This document shows, piece after piece, positions 25,925-32,000 of a stretch of DNA of 32,000 bases. Under the pieces are notes generated by a model. It had not been told where the DNA came from, searched no databases, and worked only from the letters and a program-made list of their open reading frames with translations. This DNA is from Paracoccus suum (GTDB taxonomy: Bacteria; Pseudomonadota; Alphaproteobacteria; Rhodobacterales; Rhodobacteraceae): positions 2,940,001 through 2,972,000 of the forward strand of contig NZ_CP030918.1 of NCBI RefSeq assembly GCF_003324675.1, in the 5' to 3' direction. Position numbers and translations under genes: made by a program. Every line of letters begins with the position of its first letter. Position 1 is the stretch's first letter.

Positions 25925-27781
25925 ATGCAGGATCCGAACCTCGCGCCACCTGAAGCCGATCCCGAGGACGATCCCGAACCGGCGGGGGCGGATGGCGCAT
26001 CCGTTTCGGCCAGATTCGGGCGCTGGCGCCTGCGCGTCATGGTGGTGCTGATCCTGACGCTGGCGGCGGTCACGTTGTGGGCGACCAACCACTGGCTGAC
26101 AACGCGGTTCACCGAAAACACCCGGGCCCGCGCCGACGTCCGCTCGGCCCTCTACAGTGGCAACGTGGTCTCGGAATTGCAGCGCACCTCGGTCGTGCCG
26201 CTGCTGTTGGCGCGCGACCCGGCGCTGATGTCCGCGCTGGAGGGGCAGGAATACAGCACCGTCTCGGCCCGACTGATCACGGCGCAAAAGGAAATCGGCG
26301 CCTCCGCCATCCTGCTGCTCGACTCGTCGGGGCGGACGGTCGGCACCACGCTGCGCACGAACCTGGGGCAGAGCTTCGTGAACGAGCCGTTCTTCGTCGA
26401 TGCCATGCGGATGCGCGACACCACCTTCAGCGTGACCCGCAACGCTGGCAGCGGCTTTGCCTTCGCCTATTCGCGCGCCGTGGTCGGCGAGGGTGGTCGC
26501 AGCCTGGGCGTGATCGTGGTCGGCAGCGACCTCAACCGGTTGGAGCGCAGCTGGGCCGGCATCTCGGACGCGGTCGCGGTGACCGACAGCGAGGGCAAGA
26601 TCATCCTGTCGACCGAGCCTCGCTGGCGCAACCTGACCCTGCCCGAGGCGCTGGCCGTGCGCAGCGCGCCCTCGGCCATCGAGCGCGCCTTCCAGGTCAC
26701 GGCCGATTGGACCTCCAGCCCGGCCGATGCCTATATCCGCGGCAAGGCGGTGATGCAGACCGAGACCCGCGTGCCATTTCGCGGCTGGCGCATGATCACC
26801 TTCACCACCTATGAATCCGTGCGCCAGCGGGTCAACGCCATCCTGGCGCTGGAAATCATGGGCTTTGCCATCGTCCTCGCCGGGGCGTTCTACCTGTTCT
26901 CGCGCCGTGCCCTCGGCTGGTCCGAGCAATACATGCGCGAATCGGCCGACCTGCGCGCGTTAAACGCCCGCCTCACCCGCGAGATCGCCGAGCGCGAGCG
27001 CATGGCCCGCGAGTTGCGCGTGGCCGAGCAGACCGTCCAGCAGGCCAGCAAGCTCGCCGTCCTCGGCGAGATGTCGGCCGGCGTCAGCCACGAATTGAAC
27101 CAGCCGCTCGCGGCAATGAAAACCTATCTGGCGGGCGCCCGGCTGCTGCTGCAGCGCGGCCGCTCTGAGGAGGCACTGTCCAGTTTCCAGCGCATCGACG
27201 ATCTGATCGAGCGCATGACCGCCATCACGCGCCAACTGAAGAGCTTTGCCCGCAAGGGCGGCGAGGCGTTCGAGGCCTTTGACATGCGCGATGCGATCAG
27301 CGCCGCGCTGACCCTGGTCGAGCCGCAGTTGCGCGCGCGCCGCGTCAAGGTCACGCGCACTGTGCCACGCGGCTCGGTCATGGTGCGTTGCGACCGCATG
27401 CGGCTGGAGCAGGTGATCATCAACCTGCTGACCAACGCCATCGACGCGACGCGCCAGACGCCGAACCCGACGGTGGACATGATCGTCTCGTCCGGCTCTC
27501 ACGCGGTTTTGTCGGTGCGTGACAACGGTCCGGGTATCGCCGACCTCGAAAAGCTGTTTGAGCCATTCTTCACCACCAAGAAACCGGGCGAGGGGACGGG
27601 GCTGGGGCTTGCGATCTCGTCCGATATCGTGACGGATTTCGGGGGAAGGCTGACGGCGCATAATGCCGAGGACGGGCCCGGCGCCATATTCGAGGTCCAG
27701 CTGCCCCTGCACGCGCCGCGCCTGCAGCGCACGGCTGCGCAGGGCGAACGCAAGGCGGCCATGCTGCGGGCCGCGGAATGA
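25925..27781 (+). CDS. dctB: Sensor histidine kinase, DctB-like (periplasmic double-PDC sensor)
   Basis: TM1 is followed by a ~270-aa periplasmic domain (ELQRTSVVPLLLARDPALMSAL, typical of DctB) and TM2. Then come the H-box GEMSAGVSHELNQPL, the N-box INLLTNAIDAT, G1 [15 protein letters not shown] and G2 GTGLGLAIS. The start is uncertain: ATG 25925, or in-frame GTG 25892. Confidence 0.85.
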   Translation: MQDPNLAPPEADPEDDPEPAGADGASVSARFGRWRLRVMVVLILTLAAVTLWATNHWLTTRFTENTRARADVRSALYSGNVVSELQRTSVVPLLLARDPALMSALEGQEYSTVSARLITAQKEIGASAILLLDSSGRTVGTTLRTNLGQSFVNEPFFVDAMRMRDTTFSVTRNAGSGFAFAYSRAVVGEGGRSLGVIVVGSDLNRLERSWAGISDAVAVTDSEGKIILSTEPRWRNLTLPEALAVRSAPSAIERAFQVTADWTSSPADAYIRGKAVMQTETRVPFRGWRMITFTTYESVRQRVNAILALEIMGFAIVLAGAFYLFSRRALGWSEQYMRESADLRALNARLTREIAERERMARELRVAEQTVQQASKLAVLGEMSAGVSHELNQPLAAMKTYLAGARLLLQRGRSEEALSSFQRIDDLIERMTAITRQLKSFARKGGEAFEAFDMRDAISAALTLVEPQLRARRVKVTRTVPRGSVMVRCDRMRLEQVIINLLTNAIDATRQTPNPTVDMIVSSGSHAVLSVRDNGPGIADLEKLFEPFFTTKKPGEGTGLGLAISSDIVTDFGGRLTAHNAEDGPGAIFEVQLPLHAPRLQRTAAQGERKAAMLRAAE

Positions 27782-27845
27782 TTCAACGGATGGCACCCTG
27801 CTGGCGCCCATCCGCGTGCGACGAGATGAACGGAGGCCGAAGGCC

Positions 27846-29171
27846 ATGACACGCCCGATGAAGATCGCGATCGTCGACGACGAGCCTGACATGCGCGAGT
27901 CCATCAGCCAGTGGTTGGTGCTGTCGGGTTTTGACACCGAGACCTATGGCTCGGCCGAGGATGCCCTGAGGGCGATCGGTACCGACTGGCCGGGGGTGGT
28001 CATCACCGACATCAAGATGCCCGGCATGGACGGGATGGCCTTTCTCAAGCGGCTGATGGGGGTCGATTCCGGGCTGCCGGTCATCATGATCACCGGCCAT
28101 GGCGACGTGCCCATGGCGGTCGAGGCGATGCGCCTTGGCGCCATGGACTTCATGGAAAAGCCGTTCAACCCCGACCGCATGACCGAACTGGCCAAGAAGG
28201 CGACGCAGGCGCGGCGCATGACGCTGGACAATCGCGCCCTGCGGCGCGACCTCAGCGAAGGCCAGCAGGTGATGTCCAAGCTCCTCGGCGGCTCGCCCGC
28301 GATGGAGCGGCTGCGCGAGGATATCCTGGATCTTGGCCAGGCCGATGGCCATGTGCTGATCGACGGCGAGACGGGTACCGGCAAGACCCTGGTGGCCCAT
28401 GCTCTGCACGCAGTCGGCCCGCGTGCCAGCAAGAAATTCGTTCCGATCTCATGCGCCGCCTATACCGAGGACGCGCTGGGCCCGCGCCTTTTTGGCCCGG
28501 TCGAGGAAGGGCTGCCGGCAATTGAGGAGGCGCGGGCCGGCACGCTCGTCCTCGAGGATGTCGAGGCGCTGTCGGACGGCCTGCAGGCGCGGTTGCTGGC
28601 GTTCATTGCCGATCAGGGCGTGCGCGCCGAGACGCGGATCATCGCCATCTCGAATGCCCGCGGCGAGGGTCGCGCGATTGAGGACAACCTGCGGCCGGAC
28701 CTGTTCTACCGTCTGTCCGCGCTGAAGATCACCCTGCCCCCGCTGCGCCAGCGCGGTGAGGACATCCTGACCCTGTTCACGCGCATGACCGAGCAGTTCG
28801 CCGAGGAATATGGCTGCGAGCCGCCCCAGGTGACGGCGCAGGAGGCGGCGCAACTGCTGCAGGCACCTTGGCCCGGCAACGTGCGACAGCTCATCAATGT
28901 GGCCGAGCGCGCCGTGCTGCAGAACCGCCGGGGCTCGGGCAGCATCGCCTCGTTGCTGATGGCCGACGGTGACGAGAGCCAGGAGGCGACGACTACCGAG
29001 GGCAAGCCGCTGAAGGAGTATGTCGAAAGCTTCGAGAAAATGCTGATCGACAACACCATGCGCCGCCACAAGGGCAGCATCGGCGCGGTGATGGAGGAGC
29101 TGTGCCTGCCGCGCCGGACGCTGAACGAGAAGATGGCGAAATACGGCCTCGCGCGCGGGGATTACCTGTAG
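27846..29171 (+). CDS. dctD: NtrC/DctD-family response regulator with a degenerate AAA+ domain (no GAFTGA loop) and a C-terminal Fis-type HTH
   Basis: Receiver domain (IAIVDDEPDMR, VVITDIKMPGMDG, MEKPF). AAA+ Walker A is GETGTGKT, Walker-B-like is TLVLEDVE, the Arg-finger region is RPDLFYRL, and sensor II is WPGNVRQL. The C-terminal HTH reads AVMEELCLPRRTLNEKMAKYGL. Between LFG and Walker B only PVEEGLPAIEEARAG is present, where the family has HEKGAFTGA....G.FE.A.GG. Confidence 0.85.
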   Translation: MTRPMKIAIVDDEPDMRESISQWLVLSGFDTETYGSAEDALRAIGTDWPGVVITDIKMPGMDGMAFLKRLMGVDSGLPVIMITGHGDVPMAVEAMRLGAMDFMEKPFNPDRMTELAKKATQARRMTLDNRALRRDLSEGQQVMSKLLGGSPAMERLREDILDLGQADGHVLIDGETGTGKTLVAHALHAVGPRASKKFVPISCAAYTEDALGPRLFGPVEEGLPAIEEARAGTLVLEDVEALSDGLQARLLAFIADQGVRAETRIIAISNARGEGRAIEDNLRPDLFYRLSALKITLPPLRQRGEDILTLFTRMTEQFAEEYGCEPPQVTAQEAAQLLQAPWPGNVRQLINVAERAVLQNRRGSGSIASLLMADGDESQEATTTEGKPLKEYVESFEKMLIDNTMRRHKGSIGAVMEELCLPRRTLNEKMAKYGLARGDYL

Positions 29172-29232
29172 CGGGACCGGTTGAGGCTTTCTGGCTGTCG
29201 CAACGCCTGCCCGACGCAAGCGCCGGACCGTC

Positions 29233-31400
29233 TCAGTAGGCCGGCAACCCGAAATCCGCGGGCACCGCCTGTGCTGTCGGCGCGCTCGGCGATTGGCGCA
29301 GACCGCGTTCCGCATATTGCGTCGCCACCGCGTCGCACAGGGCCGCGAGCGTGAAGGGTTTTTGCACGAAAATCGAGTTCTGCACCGGGCTGCGGCCATC
29401 CTCGAAGATGTCCTCGGTATAGCCCGAGATGAAAACCACCCGGGTCGCCGGGCGGTCGCGCAGCGCGCTGCGCACCCAACTGGGGCCGTCCATGCCGGGC
29501 ATCACCACGTCGGTCACGAACACGTCGATCTGGCGCTGGGTGCCGGCAAGCAGTTGCAGGGCCGATTCGGCACTGTCGGCCTCCAGCACCTCGAACCGCG
29601 CATCCTTAGCGCGCGGGCGGCGAAGGACCGGACTGCCGTTTCGTCCTCTACCAGCAGCACGACGCCCGCATGCGCCTGCTTGACCAGCGGCGGGGCGGCG
29701 GCCTCGCGTTCGGCGGCCTCGGCCTCGGTCGCGGCGTGGAGATCGGCAATCTCATGTGCGGGAAAATACAGCGAGAACACCGTGCCGCGATCTGGCGCGC
29801 TGTCGCAAAACACATAGCCGCCGGTCTGTTTGACAATGCCGTAGACGGTCGAGAGGCCGAGGCCTGTGCCCTCGCCCGTGCGCTTGGTGGTGAAGAACGG
29901 CTCGAAAATCTTGTCGAGTTTGTCGGCGGGAATGCCGCAGCCTTCATCCTCGACCGTCACGCGGACATAATCACCCAGTGGCAGCTGGGTGCGCTTGCAG
30001 TCGGCTCCGCGGACGACGTTGGTCGTGCGGATGGTGATGCGCCCACCGGCGGGCATGGCGTCGCGCGCGTTTACCACCAGATTTATCAACACCTGCTCGA
30101 ACTGGCGGCGATCAGCGCGGATCGGACGCAGGTCTGCATCATGTTCAAAGGTCAGGCGGACACGCTCACCCACCAGGCGGCTGAGCAGGTGCGTCAGGTC
30201 CGACAGGGTTTCGCGCAGGTCGATCAGGCGCGGCTTGAGGGTCTGCTTGCGTGAAAAGGCCAGCAGTTGGCCCACCAAGGCCGCGGCGCGGTTGGCGTTC
30301 TGGCGGATCTGGTCGAGATCCGAGTAATCCGGATCGGCGGCATCGTGGTGCAGCATGAGAAGGTCGCAATGCCCGCTGATCGCCGTGAGCAGGTTGTTGA
30401 AATCATGCGCGATGCCTCCGGCCAGTTGGCCGATGGCCTGCATCTTCTGACTTTGGACAAACTGCGCCTCGAGCGTTTTCATGGCGCTGGCGTCCGAGAG
30501 CATGGCCAGCACGCCGCCGTGACCGTCCGGAGACAGCGCGACCTGAAGGTGCAAGTCAGCCCCTGCTCGGCGCCGAAGCACCTCGGGGCGCGCCTCGATG
30601 CGGCTGTGAATTACGTCATCGACCCAGTCATCGACCGGCCGGCCGAGACCGTCGAGCAGAAGTGAGAGGGTCGCATCCTCGGGGATGCTGCCCATCAGCG
30701 CGAGTGCAGGTGCGTTGGCCTCGGCTATGCGGCCATTGGCAGTGATGCGCAGCAGTGCGGCCGGCAGGCGGTCGAACAGATCCTTCTCAGGACAGCCGTG
30801 CAGCGCCGGGGCCTCTACAGACGGGACCACTGGGGCCTCGGCCGCGGCGTCGAAGGGAGCAAATTGCCAAATCTGCAGCGCATCACTGTCCAGCGACTGC
30901 AGGGTCAGGCTCCCGCCCGGCAGGCGGGTCGACGCCACTCCGCCGCCGGCGACGCGGATGCGCAGGGCGTCGATCACTTGCGCTGGATCGGCGCTGAGCC
31001 GCGCCAGAGGCGTTGACACCGCGCTGCCGAGCCGATCGCCATGCGCTGCACTTGCGGCATCGTTCTGCCAGAGAACCTGCCCCGATGGATCGCTGGCCCA
31101 GATCTGACCGCTTTGCGCCTGCAACGAAGGCACGCGAGCGCGCAGCAGCCGCCGCGCCAATACTGCCTGTCGCCATCGACCGAGGGACAACGCCCCGCCG
31201 AGCAGGTACCAACTGAGGGCGATTGCCGCGAAGGCCACCGGAAGGTGGCCTGGGGCAACCATCTCCTCCGCATCGAACCACAGCCAGATCGCGCCGAACA
31301 AAAGCGGCAGCATCAGGAATGGCAGCAGGAACGCGCCCGGCGGCGCGAGCGCAGCCCTCAGCGGTGCTGCGAGGCGAGGTGAGGTGCGAAAACGGGACAT
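29233..31400 (-). pseudogene. cckA: CckA-type hybrid histidine kinase interrupted by a 1-nt frameshift in the receiver domain (or a sequencing indel)
   Basis: ORF 31400->29514 has two TM helices, a PAS region, an H-box QLAGGIAHDFNNLLTAI, QNANRAAALVGQLLAFSRKQ, and HATPase motifs ([42 protein letters not shown]), followed by the receiver start VVLLVEDETAVRSFAARALRMRG. The rest of the receiver (FEVLEADSAESAL..IDVFVTDVVMPGMDGPSW..VVFISGY..QKPF) continues in another frame (29589->29233). The junction is near 29593-29597. Confidence 0.75.
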
Positions 31401-31409
31401 ACGGCCACC

Positions 31410-32000
31410 CTAGCTTGCAGGTGTTAATGGCGCGTTAACATCGGACAGCGTGACGACGGAGAGAAAGAACCCGTCGCTGGCGTTCAGCGGATCGAAGTGG
31501 CGGCGCAAAACCTCATGCGCGGCAGGGTGCCGGGCACAGAACGCCGCGATCTGGTCATCGTTTTCACGGCGGAGCTGCGAGCAAGTCATGTAGGCCAGGC
31601 GACCGCCGGGCCGCACGCGCAAGGCCGCCTGGTCGAGGATTTGGGCCTGAATTTTCACCAGTTCGGCCAATCGATCTGGCGTCAGCCGCCAGCGACCCGC
31701 CGGATCACGGCGCCAACTGCCGCTACCGCTGCAAGGCACGTCCGCCACGACCAGATCGAACTGCCGGTCTAGCGTGGTGCTGCCGGGTGGGGCGAGGGTG
31801 ATACGGGCGCCGGCCCGTGACGCGCGTGCAGGCAGATCGGCCATGCGCCGCGGATTCGCGTCATGGGCCAGAACGCGCGCGGCACCGGCCGCCGCGAGGG
31901 CGAGAGCCTTGCCGCCGCCGCCGGCGCAAAAATCCAACGCCTGCTGCCCCGACATATCGCCCAGCGCGGCAACGGCCAGCTGCGGCGAGAGGTCCTGCAG
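31410..32000 (-). CDS. RsmB/NOL1/NOP2/Sun-family RNA m5C methyltransferase, C-terminal part (gene continues beyond the window)
   Basis: The SAM-binding motif is LDFCAGGGGKALALA, the catalytic motifs are DLVVADVPCSGSGSWRRDP and LAYMTCS, and FF follows near the end. The frame stays open to position 32000 (..LQDLSPQLAVAALGD before the ORF-track Met). Confidence 0.8.
   Translation of the reverse strand: MQDLSPQLAVAALGDMSGQQALDFCAGGGGKALALAAAGAARVLAHDANPRRMADLPARASRAGARITLAPPGSTTLDRQFDLVVADVPCSGSGSWRRDPAGRWRLTPDRLAELVKIQAQILDQAALRVRPGGRLAYMTCSQLRRENDDQIAAFCARHPAAHEVLRRHFDPLNASDGFFLSVVTLSDVNAPLTPAS
31424..31439. promoter_or_regulatory. Perfect CtrA box (TTAA-N7-TTAAC) immediately upstream of cckA
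   Basis: TTAATGGCGCGTTAAC at 31424-31439, which is 24-39 nt upstream of the cckA start codon (31400). It lies inside the last codons of the upstream methyltransferase gene. It is the only full TTAA-N7-TTAA match I found in the window. Confidence 0.4.

Noticed and set aside
24157-26929. Minus-strand ORFs of 414 aa (24157-25401) and 454 aa (25565-26929) overlapping dctP, the dipeptidase and dctB
   Set aside because: They are antisense to genes with strong motif support, and their composition is typical of GC-rich noncoding frames.
29585-29600. Programmed -1 ribosomal frameshifting as an explanation for the split cckA
   Set aside because: There is no slippery X_XXY_YYZ heptamer at the junction (cgc ggt tcg agg), and I saw no obvious downstream stimulatory structure. 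A mutation or a sequencing indel is the simpler explanation.
1-32000. A genomic island, prophage, defence system or mobile element
   Set aside because: There is no integrase, transposase or recombinase, and no flanking tRNA or direct repeats. Apart from the ~55-nt AT-rich patch at 905-960 there is no compositional break. The gene content is core metabolism, translation, repair, chemotaxis and transport.

Overview
This is a high-GC alphaproteobacterial chromosomal segment from the Rhodobacterales. The class-III aminotransferase at 13023-14396 matches, from memory, the well-studied Paracoccus denitrificans omega-transaminase, so the source is probably Paracoccus or a close relative. The window is densely coding and mostly core genes. 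In order: typA (3' part), a TetR-like regulator, purU, fabD, a cytochrome b561-YceI fusion, ndk, tsf-rpsB, a tightly coupled chemotaxis operon (STAS-cheY-cheA-cheW-cheR-cheY-small ORF), an omega-aminotransferase, an FGGY sugar kinase, periplasmic sodC, uvrB, three small envelope proteins (I78 inhibitor lipoprotein, a secreted hypothetical, a periplasmic rhodanese), an ABM-fold protein, a TRAP transporter (dctPQM type), an M19 dipeptidase, a DctB/DctD-like two-component pair, a cckA-type hybrid kinase and the 3' part of an RsmB/NOL1-type methyltransferase. I found no rRNA, tRNA, CRISPR, transposase, integrase or obvious defence island, so this is not an accessory region. The points most worth a second look are: (1) cckA is split by a 1-nt frameshift inside its receiver domain; (2) a perfect CtrA box lies just upstream of cckA, and a near-consensus one lies upstream of the che operon; (3) the last che ORF is unannotatable but carries a CheZ-type DxxxQ motif and an acidic/hydrophobic C-terminus; (4) the DctD-like activator lacks the GAFTGA sigma54-contact loop; (5) a TRAP-ABM-rhodanese string lies divergent from M19 dipeptidase-dctB-dctD; (6) several exported proteins carry long Ala/Pro-rich tethers. 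All functional calls rest on my reading of the translations and motif recognition. No database search was run.
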